In this document: positions 1-11,483 of the stretch, in pieces | Position numbering within the stretch: position 1 is the first letter of the stretch | Layout: each line of letters opens with the position of its first letter | Assembly (NCBI GenBank): GCA_008632985.1 | Contig: QPGO01000003.1 | Location: 806,001 to 870,000, forward strand | Direction of reading: 5' to 3' | DNA from: Psammoneis japonica | Taxonomy: Eukaryota | Length of the DNA: 64,000 bases | Notes under the pieces: generated by a model | The model's input: only the letters and a program-made list of their open reading frames with translations | What the model was told of the DNA's origin: nothing | The model's database searches: none | Translations under genes and position numbers: made by a program

Positions 1-4
1 AGGA

Positions 5-904
5 ATGGCAAATGGTGTGTCCTTGCCAGAAGCCGTCGAAATGAGATGGGCTGCACGCGGACTACTATGCAGAATCGGAGCGAACCGGATACTGGGCAAA
101 ACTGCCTCTGACGCAGACGTTGACGCACAAGAAATACTTGAACTAGCTATTCCTAATCTTGAGCGACGCACAAGTGCTCTTCCTTTTGATATTGTTCCAC
201 TCGGTGTGGATTGGTCGAATCTGGTACAGGACAAGGAAGAAATCACAACGACTCTGCGAGACGCCATTCCATTTCAATTTGACACCATTGTGACGCGGTC
301 GGGTTCGTCCGTGACGGAACGTAGAGGAACCGCATGGGTAACAGAAGACGGTATTGGGGCGCTGGCGTACAGTGGCAAGCTCATGCCTCCTCGTCCGATA
401 CCTAATGTCGTTCGAGACACTATGCGATTGGTGGAAGAGCACACGTTTTCAAGCGACCTCGACGTCGGTCCATACTTTGACTGCGCACTCTGCAATCATT
501 ATCCACATGGCGAAGCAGCCTGCAAATTTCATACAGATCCAGAGCATGGTCTTGTTTGGGAGCGCCTAACATGTGTCGTGGCTGCCGGCGACGAACGCCG
601 GTTTGCCTTTCGTCCGATCCCCGGTACGTCTAGTTGGAGCAAATGGGACAGCCTGAGCGACAAGAATACAGAGGAGACAAGGCCTGCAGTGATTCATTTG
701 TTTCCAGGAGACATTGTCAAAATGTGGGGTGTGTGCAATGATTGTTTTCATCATGCGGTTTATACAGCAGAACACGAGACTGGCAAAGGTGACGGGCGCG
801 TAAGCTTGGTCCTCAAACGAGCCATTTCCCGTGGAGGAGGGAAACGAGGCCACGGGCTTGAGGGAAGAGGCAGACGGGCTCGAAGGCGATGTCACGCACG
901 ATAA
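5..904 (+). CDS. AlkB-like 2OG-Fe(II) dioxygenase (probably 5'-truncated by the window edge)
   Basis: NHYPHG...FHTD (NxY and HxD), distal HHAV, and RVSLVLK (RxxLxxR/K) motifs. Confidence 0.75.
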   Translation: MANGVSLPEAVEMRWAARGLLCRIGANRILGKTASDADVDAQEILELAIPNLERRTSALPFDIVPLGVDWSNLVQDKEEITTTLRDAIPFQFDTIVTRSGSSVTERRGTAWVTEDGIGALAYSGKLMPPRPIPNVVRDTMRLVEEHTFSSDLDVGPYFDCALCNHYPHGEAACKFHTDPEHGLVWERLTCVVAAGDERRFAFRPIPGTSSWSKWDSLSDKNTEETRPAVIHLFPGDIVKMWGVCNDCFHHAVYTAEHETGKGDGRVSLVLKRAISRGGGKRGHGLEGRGRRARRRCHAR

Positions 905-1163
905 TCACAAGGTTGGGAGGTGAATAACACAGAAGATCTTTCGCGTCATTGCCTCACAACGAACTCCAAGAAATGATTTAGTGATGCTGCCAGTCTTGAT
1001 AGCTTCTAATGACATCTCTGGATGATCCAATGCTCCCAGTACGAGGCGTTATATCAACTTTGTTTCTATTCACGAAGTTACAGACAGTGACAAGCTACCG
1101 TACTACAACACAGAGCTTGCGATCGCATTGTGCATCCTTTTGGTCCTCGCTTTTGCTATGCCG

Positions 1164-4100
1164 CTACAAATCACCGTTAGCAGCCGCAATTTTGACGCTT
1201 GGGTACTTCGTAGTTTCGACCGTTGTACGGCCATTCGAATCCGTTGTCTTTTTTCTGACGAAAACGGTTCCATCTTTTTCTATCCTCGTAATTTTCTCGA
1301 CAGAGTCCGATTTCTTCGACTTTTCATCGGGTTCAGTTGAAGTTGTGGATGTCACGCCTTTGGTTCCGTTAGCTTTCGATTTTTCTCCCTTGACACCAGC
1401 CTTCCTGGGTGATTGTGTCGTGCGACGAATTGTTGTAGTCTTGGTATCTGAAGATTTGTTGCCAGTCTTCATCTTGGGGGTTGGCTTAGTTGGTGATACA
1501 TGGCGGATCGTTGTTTTCTTAATGATTTTTCTGTTTGCGCTGGCAGCATGTAACGATATACTTGGTCAGAGCAGTGGTACGTAAAATCTTGTTATACAGT
1601 AATCATATATCAGCCGTCCAGACTTACGGATGCGACTCCTCGGCAAACACAGCTTCACTTTGCGCCACCGCCAAGCTGCACCGTGCTGCTTCCAAACGAC
1701 TCATTATCTCGCTGACAGCCTGGAAATGTTCGAAAGTAGCGTCTTCGTCATCAAATGCGACATTTGCATTAACAAGTTGATCATACTGTTGCTGCAACTG
1801 CCGAACCGCTTCCTCTCGCTCTTGCAAAGCACTAGAGTTAGGTGACATCGACGGAGTGCTGCCGTGACCGGAGGCCCTATTGGTCTGGGAACTGCCGTGC
1901 GCCAATTCGGTGGCAGCATCTTGAGCCTCCGCAAGTCTACTTCTCGCCATTGCCAAGCTAGTCTGGGCTTCTTCAAGTCGGTTGTTGATTTCACTGATAG
2001 CTTGAAAATGCGCAAACTGAGCGTCTTCGTCGTTCGCGTCAATGTTTCTGCTAAGGAGTTGTTCGTACTCCTGCGCCAACTCTGCCGTCACCTCTTCCCA
2101 TTCTTGTACGGGCTGCATAAGCTGACTCAGGTCTGGAACATTCGATGAGCCATCATCAATCCGCGCTTGTTCCGCTTCACGTTCGGCGGCCTCGATTTGA
2201 CTTTGCAGTCGACTCTTGGTGTCCTGGAGTTCCTCTATGTCTGCTTCAAGCTGACGAATGCCCGAACTGAACTCCGCTTCAGCAGATGCCTGAGCCTTGC
2301 TGTCTTGGGCTTCCAGAGCTTGCTCCGTGATGGCTGAAATATATGGGGTAATGTGACTCTGAAGAATGACGTCTCGGGCCTGACCCATTGGTCCCTCTCT
2401 GGGCATCACGTCCACAACCTGCATGACACACTCAGCACAGATACGGTGGAGATCATTCGAGGATCCCTGCTCTAGGGTGTATTTCGAGGCCCTAAAGCCA
2501 AGGCATGTTTCACATGCTGACCGTCCACACCGCGCGCAGGCAGAAGTGGTGCCTGCGGCCAATCGCACCTTGCAACATGCAACCCGACAACGACTTGCGG
2601 ATTGATCGGAGACTGTGTCCGACACTTCACAGAGTGCAACAGCGACACCAAGATCGTCACGAGATATCAATTCATTGCCGCGACGTAGGACCCTCACCAG
2701 GTTGTACGGCGTGCGTGCTGCCTCTTCGGCTCGCCTTCTCTCCGCTTCCGCCCTATTTCTCATGCGTTGCTCATGTTCTTCGCGCAACTTCTTTTCCCGT
2801 TCTTCCCTCTCTCTATCCCTAACTTTCTTCTCTTCACGGCGCTGCTTCCAATCGGCTATTTCTTCTTCTGTCATGCCGAGCGCGTTTTTCTCCACAAGGC
2901 TCACAATTTGAGTGGCCAAGGCATGGTTAGGGACGAGAATGTCCGGAATCTCTTGCAACGTCTTGGGACAAGTAAGTTTGATTGGACGCCGTGCTCCGCA
3001 ACAAACAGCCTCATCATCTTCCTCTATTCCCGGGTTTTGAGCTTGACGCTCTTGTGCTTCCGCCTCTTCTTCTCTCCGGATACGTTCTTCTTCTTCCTTG
3101 CGTCGGACGCGAAAGTGCTCTTCAATGGTCGTGCGCTCGTAGGTCCATCCAGAATGGCAAAACACCGGGTCGGCCATGACAAAGAACATGACTGGATCCA
3201 AGAAACTGTCGATGTCAAGCCCTTCGGGCAGCTTTCCTTTGCCCTCTTCTTCTTGAGCTGCACGTACTCCTTGGAGAGGAGGACTTTCTGGTACATTCTG
3301 TGTCACTGGATCCCCTCTGTTCTGCTGCTGGGAACGACGAGGTCCAAGCGGACGGGAACTGGGATGCCACGAAGCGCCTTCATCGTTACTGTCAATACGA
3401 CGGCTAGGACTGGGTCCTGTAATGCCTGGATGATGTTGTGCCGGATTGACACGTTGGGCCGGCGGAGGCATGGGATTAACCTGGCGAGGCACAGGCGTCG
3501 TTTCAACTTGCGTCGCGTCGGCGGTCGCCTGTATGGGGACGTCAGGTGATGACTCTTGTGGTTGCGACAAAGATGCGACCAAGGGAGTAGCATCGAACAA
3601 GTTATACATTTGTGTTTGCCAATTCTCGGATCCCCCGGGGAGAGCTGGGAACTTGGACTGCAAAGCTAAAGCAAGAGACATACTCGACGGATGCTTCACA
3701 ATGTATGCTCGTTTTTCTTGGGCGGAACTTTCTCCGTGACTATCAAGAAAGTACCATTCATCGGGCCCACAAGCAAAGCAAAGGACCGTTTCTGGTGACT
3801 TTGTCAAAACGACAGCTACCCTTGGGTTACTTGGGTGTTGACTGGTGGCGTACAACCAAGCAGCTTCCAGAGCGCCCATGAATCCCTCCAGCCCGACGTT
3901 ACCTTGCGTCGGTGGTCCTCGCTCGAGGCCAGCAACTTGATCGGCGAACGCCGGTACAGACCACAAGTCTTCTAAATTTGAGTGACCCGTCATTGCTTGT
4001 TGATGCTTCTTTACCCCAACTGTCACCATCATATCCAACATGTTTGGGGTAAGGGAGTCAATTGGATTGCTCTGTTGCTTGTTCCTTTCGTATACAAGCA

Positions 4101-5287
4101 AATGCTTAGCCTCAACGAGACAGATAGACGTACAAGCTGATTCGCCCCCTGCTCCACCGACACTGTATTGAGATAAAGTTCCACGGGTGATGACTTCACC
4201 ATAATCTGGAACGCCCGTACCTCCCATCATACTTTCACCTTCAGTAGGATGAAAGCTATCGGTGGGACCAGGTTTATAGGTAGAAGCAGCTTGGTGGCTT
4301 TGGCTTGTTGCGGCACGTGCTGATTCTTGAAAAGTATCCACCGGTTGAGGAGCATAGTCATTCCGCACAGCAGTTGCTTGATCTCGCTCAAGAATGATTC
4401 GTTCATGGTGCGCCCCGCATTCCTCCTGCTGAAGTCGCATAGCGTACAGTGCATCTCCTGGCTTTTCAGTGGGAACAGCATATGGGCTTTGGCGATGCTG
4501 ATGAATCTGCTAGTGTGAATAGACGCACATCAGAGGGTGTAGGAGTGATAAGTTTGAAATAGCAAGTCGCGAGGCGCATACCTGGCAGTCGTCCGTAGGA
4601 ACAACGAATGTGTTCTGCTGATGTACCTGCTCAGTGATGACTCCCTGTTTTTGTGTTTGTTTTCAAACAGGCGATAATGACAAACAAGAATGAATGCACA
4701 ACTACTACAGGAAAAGTAGCAAAACAAGCAGGCGGCGACATACGTACCTGGTAGTCATCAAAATAGGCTGTAGCGTTCAAGATCTGAACACGAAGCTCAT
4801 CTCCATAGGCTACTTTTCCAATGAGTGATTCGCTGTTCTGCAAACCGACGCTTTCCCACTTGTTCTTCGTGAGACGTCCTTGCAACTTGTTTCGAGAGAA
4901 CACATTGATTTGATCGACATCAGCAACACCCACAAGACTTGCAATCATCACTTTCAACTGAGCAAAGCTCGAGAACGGACTAACCACAACTTTCACCCGT
5001 TGGTTGCCCGGAAGCAAGAGATGGAGCTTGAGCGGTTCAGCTTCAACCGCACCAAACTCCGTTTCCATTATTCCAAACTGCTGGTGGTGTTGCTGAGGCG
5101 ATCTGTTATCAGAGGAAAGAACCGCTTGAGAACGACTGATCGTATTGGTGACGAGGTTGTTCACTCCTCGTGCCACGTTTTTCTTCTTTGAGCGTCCACC
5201 TCCTCCTGCTCTCCCAGCAGCATCGGATGCATCATCAGCGGCGTCTGAGCTCTGCTTGTTATTATCGCTGTGGAACAGATTCCACAT
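1164..5287 (-). CDS. Spliced multidomain ubiquitin-system protein: UBL + MIU/UIM-like + papain-type (herpes-tegument/C76-like) protease + U-box + FYVE-like finger + coiled coil
   Basis: In-frame exons 5287-4748, 4626-4582 and 4509-1628 with GT-AG introns 4627-4747 and 4510-4581. Possible last exon 1560-1164 via intron 1561-1627 (AAG acceptor, less certain). Motifs LHLLLPGNQRVKVVV, DALYAMRLQQEE, SACTSIC/YFLDSHG, FLDPV..MADPV..SGWTYER..CPKT..VPNHAL, CARCGRSACETC..RICAEC. Confidence 0.7.
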
Positions 5288-5796
5288 GGTTTAGCAACAG
5301 ACTCGAATGGCTATATAGGGCAACGCACGATTCCAATTTATGCGTCCACGAATCTTTGACAGCACCGATCTGAAAGCTGACTGAAAACTCTCGTCTCTTC
5401 AAGGGAACAAGCGTCAGAACACTCGAGCGTTTGCGTGTGCCTGTTTGTGCCGTCTCGAAGATTTTCCGATTCGTGCGTGCGTCTGAACATCATTAGTCTG
5501 ATCTTCATGGATGGACCTTGTTAATGTTTCTCGCGATCTTGTAGTGTCAAAATCTTTTATATTCATCCATGTAGCTATTTATCTTTAAAAAATATGCCGC
5601 CGACAACCGATGACCCGCGAATCAACCGCGGAACAAATCGGTTTCCAAATAATAAAAGCCTTCAAAAGTGCGTTCTTCCGAAACCGCGAAACAGATCGAG
5701 CTTACTCCAATCAAGCTTCAATCGAGGGAGGATCTGAACAAAGAACGCAACAGCGGGACTATTTGTGAGGCTCATTAGATAACTAAGGCTCGCACA

Positions 5797-6580
5797 ATGA
5801 TTGCAGACGCTGGAATGCTTGATGAGATTGGCAAGGTAGACGATGATGCTCCCCCACTTCCTCTGAAACTGGAATATCCTCCTACCCGGATGCAGAATGA
5901 GGTTGCTCTGTTGCAGAATGCGTTGGCTCAGAACTTACCGCGATCTCAGCGCAAGTACGAAGACGCATTTGTCGAGCAGCGAAGTTCTCTTTTAAAGACA
6001 AAGGAAGCTCTTGAAGACGAAATTGCGAGTCTCCGTGCTCGCGCCCAAAAAGCCGAGGCGTCTGCCGACGATGAGCGGCAACGACTCGAGGCACGGAGGC
6101 GCCAACACCGTATCGAAGAGGAAGCACGACAAGAACGTGAGAGAGAACGGTTGCGGCGTGAGCAAGAGGCTCAGGCTGCTGAGAGGAGACTTCGGCAACA
6201 ACACCAGGACGATGAAAGAAGGACGAAGGAAGGTAGGTCGTTGACGAGCTTGTTCAATTCCTTTACTCGGTTCTTACAGTCCCGTAGTAGTGGCTCAACT
6301 TCGTTTGCTCTGTTTAGCCTTTGCCGGAGCTGTTGGACGGGATAACAATGCCTCGATTTTTGGTGATACGGGAGACATGCGCATGTGCCCAAGGTGCAAA
6401 GCTGGACCATTCACCAAGGACAAGTGCAACGACCTTGGTGCTCACAATGATTCTTCAACCGAATGGCAAGGTGTAACGGTTGCAAGCACTCCCAAGCCAA
6501 ACAATTGCCGAAATTGTGACTTCTTTACGGAGAATTGGACGGATTGGCTCTTATGGGATGGAGTATTTGGTCCTCACTGA
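5797..6580 (+). CDS. Coiled-coil protein with C-terminal RBR RING2/IBR-like Cys/His finger
   Basis: Two ORFs joined in frame by an intron at about 6233-6286 (gtaggt...cgtag); CPRCKAGP..C.DL..H..NCRNC..W..WDG. Confidence 0.55.
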
Positions 6581-7002
6581 CGCATTTAGATACTCATAGT
6601 AACAACTCTCCTTTTGTGTCGACTCCGTGGTATTGCCATAGTCACCGTTTCCCGCATAGGAGTAGTAACAAAAATCGGATAGAAACTACGAGTATTCTTG
6701 GATAAGTCGGCTGAATCAACTTCGAAGTGTTGCCGTAAAGTTTCTGCTTAATGCTGTTCCTACTCCTGTACAATCTCTGCTCCATTATTTCCAAACCAAG
6801 CCTCGAAGAAGTGAAGAACACAGTCACCAACACAATCCAACCGCAAGACAAAGCAACAGACGATGCCACAGTCTCAGGTTCGGTGTCGCAAACAATCAGG
6901 ATCATTACGATACTTCTCTCATCATTTATTCATCCAGGGAAACAGAGGGTTCGAAAGGTTGTGAAATTGACTAAGTAAAATTGTCAGCAGCCCGTCCTTG
7001 CC

Positions 7003-7962
7003 TTATTCCCCTTTCACGATATACTTGAGTACATCAACGTTTGAAATGACTCCCACCGGGGACAAGTGCTCGTCCGTCACAAAGACACGGTGGTAACCAG
7101 TCTTGGCTAGCAATTTCAAGACGTGAGCCACTGTTGATGTTTGTCTAACGTGACAAGCCGGATAACGCGCCTTCATCCCATTGTGGGGCGAATCCTCTTG
7201 CCGTACGGCGGCAAGATAGGATAGAATGTCTAGATCCAAACTGGAATTCCCCTTGTCCAGAGCCACCAACTTGATGTCTCGTGCGCTTGTGTTTCCCACG
7301 AGGGCGCCATCTTCTTCTGAAACAACTGCAATACCCGCTAACCCACTCGAGTCAATAAGCTCAAAGGCTTGTCGTGCCGAAGCCGTGTCCTTGATACCGA
7401 TAATATCTTTACGATACTTCAGCCCTGCCTCGTCCAAGGGTTTATCCAATTCTTCTTGGGGAATATTGCCCGCAAGGTACTTTACAAGAGTCGACTGGGA
7501 AATTATGCTGATACACTTGGTGCCATCCTTTCCCTTTTCGCACACCAAAACACGGTGACACTTTGTATCTGACATTATTTCACACAGTTTATAGAGCGAG
7601 GTCTCTGGTGTACATGTAAAGACGGGATTTTTGGCTGCCAGATCCTTCAAGGTGGCCTTGCTTCCATCTGTCTTGAGTTCGTCGAGGGCTTTTATCAGGA
7701 GAGTCTCGTACTGCTCGTCGTCGTCATCAGAACAGGAGGTCGCCTTCAAAACTGCACTTAAAATGTCCCTCATGTCAAAGAAGCCAGAGTACTTTTTATC
7801 CGAATCTTGCCATACTGGCACTGCTAAGAGGTTGTATTCCCACAACAAATTAGCAGCGTCAACCATGCTTGATTGCGAGTCGATCTCAATCACTTTCTCG
7901 ATCGTCTTGAGGCCGAGCACAGCTTGTGCGGTTTGCTTTTGTAATGTATCCTTTATGGACAT
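7003..7962 (-). CDS. Four-CBS-domain protein (AMPK-gamma/SNF4-like)
   Basis: LLAVPVW, GFFDMRDI, CHRVLV, ISQSTLV, LVGNTSARD, YHRVFV, VGVISNVD; likely start MSIKDT at 7962. Confidence 0.8.
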   Translation of the reverse strand: MSIKDTLQKQTAQAVLGLKTIEKVIEIDSQSSMVDAANLLWEYNLLAVPVWQDSDKKYSGFFDMRDILSAVLKATSCSDDDDEQYETLLIKALDELKTDGSKATLKDLAAKNPVFTCTPETSLYKLCEIMSDTKCHRVLVCEKGKDGTKCISIISQSTLVKYLAGNIPQEELDKPLDEAGLKYRKDIIGIKDTASARQAFELIDSSGLAGIAVVSEEDGALVGNTSARDIKLVALDKGNSSLDLDILSYLAAVRQEDSPHNGMKARYPACHVRQTSTVAHVLKLLAKTGYHRVFVTDEHLSPVGVISNVDVLKYIVKGE

Positions 7963-8164
7963 TGTTGCCTGTAACACTGATTTAAAAGGTTCGGTGTTAA
8001 GAATAGAGGAGGTTTTATCTGTGGATGTGATGTCCCAGCTGACAAGTACATAAATGGCCTGCTGCCTGCTGTTGGTTATTCTGCCTCTCATCTCTCGCTA
8101 TCATTCGGTGATTGATTTTGGGTTCTCATTCTCATCCAAATGCAAATCCGTTGGATCGCGAAGC

Positions 8165-8525
8165 CTCTAGCTAGCCTCTAGCTACTAGAGAGAGGGCGCC
8201 TCCGAACACAGAAATTTCTATTGTCTTCTATATACAGACCTGAGGGTTTTTATGAACGATATCCGCGACCGCAATGGTGTCACGACTGAACCTCGCCTGC
8301 GCATGCGGGCATTGCAGTCGTGTGCGGCAATGTTGATGTGTGCGGTAACTCTCTCTCTAGCTACTAGCTAGTAGAGTAGTAGAGAGTAGCTCCAGCTAGC
8401 TAGCTAGTAGAGACAGGAGTAGCTACTCTCTCTAGCTAGGCTCGTACGTAGAGCAGTGACGTTTCACCTCTGTTCCGACTACTAGCTACTGGTAGCTAGA
8501 GTGGACAGGACTCCTTCTACTAGCC
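8165..8525. repeat. CTAG/TAGC/AGTAG/(AG)n low-complexity patches
   Basis: e.g. ctctagctagcctctagctactagagagag and ctagctagctagtagag. Confidence 0.7.
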
Positions 8526-9147
8526 AGCAAAAGGAACGTAGAGGCGGTATCTCCCCTCATCCTCCATCTCCTTCCACCATACTTTCTGCTTGTCGTGCCT
8601 GAACTCGAACGATATCTACGAATCATTTGGCCACAGTGAAAATAATGAAGAGATATTTTGACGTTGATTTTGCTCAACATGGGTGCGATTTCGATCATTC
8701 TGAAAGTTGGATCGAGAGTATTCTAAAGGTTCACGCGATTGGACCTAGGCAGCAAAAGTGACCCCAGTGCCCTCATACATGACTCAGATTGGAGTCTTCT
8801 GATACCTGAATCGTTCTGTCCGTCAAAGTCTGCGACACTGAGTTTTTGCTTTTTGGAGGAGTGGTCTTCAGAAGCACTCCCACGGGATAACATTGCATTG
8901 ACTGGGACAACGAGCCAGAAATTATGGTGTTCTGAGTGACACCCCCCAAATGTTCTTCGTTCAGTATCGTACGCGTGTGATATCCGCGAACGAGGTTGAT
9001 TCACTCATTTGAACGTGCAGAGCTGTTTGCTCGCACTAGTCTAGCGAAGTGCAGATCTTTTTTTTTTTAACATGCTTTGAATAACACCCCTTTACCTTTT
9101 TTCTAATTATTTGCCTGCTTATCGATCACATATTTCGTGCTTTCATT

Positions 9148-9825
9148 TTATAGCTTCAGGTTGATTTGCGACGCTACTTCGTCCATTGACCTCAAACACC
9201 GCTTGATTTCTATCTTTGCATCATTAAAGTACTTTTCTGGTGGAGTCGATGACGAGGACGTTGTGACAAAGATGGCCATGTACGCCGAGCCATCTGCTTG
9301 TTGGACCGATTGTTCCACATCATTGGAGGCTTCCGTGTATTCGACGAGATCGTCGGCTTCTCCTGAGAGCGTCTTCATAACTTTTCCAATCCCAAACATT
9401 CCCGAACTTGTTCCTACCGTCCCGAGGTATCTTCGCACATTGTCTCCACCACCTTGACAAATCTCATCGTAATTGTCTAATAGGTATTGTAAGCTTTTCC
9501 GTGCTTCCTTGAAACGAGCCTTGGCTTCATCGATTGAAAGCTGCTTTCCTTGCACAAACACTTTTTGTGCGTTTTCCATGGCTGCGTTTGCTGGAAGACT
9601 CGTAAACAGCGCGGCTGTCGACATTAGAAAATTGCGACGAACAATGGTACGATCAACAGCAAACTCAATCGAATCATCTTTGTGTAAGCGTGCCTTCTTC
9701 AACTGGGTGGAAAGACGTGATGATGATTCCGCGGGTGTCACCGAAAAGGCGCCAGAAAATGGGATCAACATCAATGCCAGGATCGCAACAGCCGCTGACA
9801 ACAGTAGGTGGTGAGATTTCCTCAT
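9148..9825 (-). CDS. Plastid thylakoid-lumen protein (PsbQ-like helical bundle)
   Basis: Signal peptide ending SGA-FSV, twin-Arg RRNFL, ANA cleavage site, GDNVRRYLG. Confidence 0.65.
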   Translation of the reverse strand: MRKSHHLLLSAAVAILALMLIPFSGAFSVTPAESSSRLSTQLKKARLHKDDSIEFAVDRTIVRRNFLMSTAALFTSLPANAAMENAQKVFVQGKQLSIDEAKARFKEARKSLQYLLDNYDEICQGGGDNVRRYLGTVGTSSGMFGIGKVMKTLSGEADDLVEYTEASNDVEQSVQQADGSAYMAIFVTTSSSSTPPEKYFNDAKIEIKRCLRSMDEVASQINLKL

Positions 9826-10143
9826 GGTGTTTGGCGACATACAATAAAAATTAAAGCGACTTTGCAAGTGCCGGTAATGCGATGTCTAACATGTATGGAC
9901 TGCGTGTCATCGCATCATAGTTTCAAGTTGCGCCATCCTGTTCTCTGTTCCGCACGCAACAACCACCCATCGCGCGCGGTGAAACGGCCGACAACCGCAT
10001 CGATCAGCGCGCACCTCTCGAGGCCTCACACATCACACTGCTGTATGGTATCCATCATACCGTGGCACACATCACACATCACACACTCACTTCGACCGAC
10101 AACGCGTTTGTGCACTCTAGAGCGAAGCTTGCGGTATCTAACA

Positions 10144-11365
10144 ATGTCAATCAGAGCACTCTTGATATATCTTCTTGTTGTCAGTAGATATGAATTTATA
10201 AGCGGATGGGTATCACCAACGTCTGCGGTAACGAGAAAATGCACGACCACCACCGTGCTTCTTCGGTCAGCCTCGGAAGCTAGAAGTACTAATACAGCCA
10301 CAGATGCACCCATCATGGGAGGCGTTGACGACTTTGAAGAATGGTTCGCGAATCATGATGGGGCATCCTGTCGTGACTCTATAAGTCATGCTGCTTTTGG
10401 CTCTCTGAGAGGTCTAACATGTACCGAGGAGACACTTGCGGAGAACACAAACATTCTGACCCTGCCCAAACCGTTGGTATTGAGCTCTCCATATGCAGAT
10501 GAAAATTGGGATGCTCAGCTAGCGCAGTCATTATGGTCAGAGTGTCTATTGGGATCTAAAAGTAACATCTATGGGTAAGTTCTATTTTCCATAGTCGGCT
10601 CGTACGCCTAGCATGTTCTCTAAGCTTTGCTTTTGATGCTTCAGCTACTGTTCTTTGCTGACGCGAGGAACTCCAGTTACGCCGTCCTGCATTCCACCAA
10701 GCACAGCCCCAAATGCCTTGAGACACTGGACCGAATCCGAAAAGAAGTTATTGGAAGCGTCTGAATCGGGTCGTAACTTGTTGGCTTTGCATGAGAAACA
10801 ACAAAACTTGTGGAGAAAAAAGTTCAACTCGGTTATTTCGACGTCCAGCATGACTTGGGAACAGTTTCAGTGGGCCATGGAGGTGGTGCATTCACGAGCA
10901 TTCAAGGGTGAATTCGGGCTTCGTCCTGCACGAACCTTGGTGGCAACTGGTGTTCCGCTTGCAGCTGCAGCAGCTGGTTGGTTTGGTGTTTTGCAAGACA
11001 GCGATCCCAGTCTTGTTGTTCTGGGTGTCTTGGCCTTGGTGGCGGCAGCACCGACCATCTTTAATTTCATTGCACCCGATAAGGGCGATGTCGTTTTATT
11101 ACCATTGATCGACTCGGCAAATCACTTGGAGGGCGTTGACAGCAATATTGAGTACGACCCTTTAAAAGGAGCATTCACACTGAGTGCAGGACCAAAGTGT
11201 TTGGTCAAGGAGAACAACACCAAACAATTGTACATTAGCTACGGCGACAAGAAAGACACGGAGCTGTTGTTGAATTATGGCTTCTTGCCTGGGTTACCGT
11301 GTGATGAAGAAAGAACGGGTGAACAACGACCAAGGCTAGCGGAAGCATTCATGAGTCGAAACTGA
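10144..11365 (+). CDS. Plastid-targeted SET-domain (Rubisco LSMT-like) lysine methyltransferase
   Basis: Intron 10575-10644 (gtaagt...ttcag) joins two ORFs in frame; RGL, FQWAMEVVHSRAF, LLPLIDSANH, ISYG..LLLNYGF. Confidence 0.85.
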
Positions 11366-11483
11366 AGTACTGTAAACCTTTCACTATTGTTTGATGCCAT
11401 AAAGGCATGTTAATTATTATTGACTTGTTTGTTCCGTGTGGATATCGTACCAGTGAATACCAACCGCTAATCGCCTGCTCTCA

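Noticed and set aside
5..904. AlkB-like gene as the effector of the hypermutation
   Set aside because: Proximity only; AlkB chemistry does not give A>G and nothing in the sequence links it to the blocks.
1624..5810. Inversion splitting one gene into the U-box and RING2-like ORFs
   Set aside because: The donor at 1627 (phase 2) does not match the candidate acceptor at 5806 (needs phase 1).
8486..9004. Short minus-strand ORFs
   Set aside because: No recognisable motifs or supported splice model.
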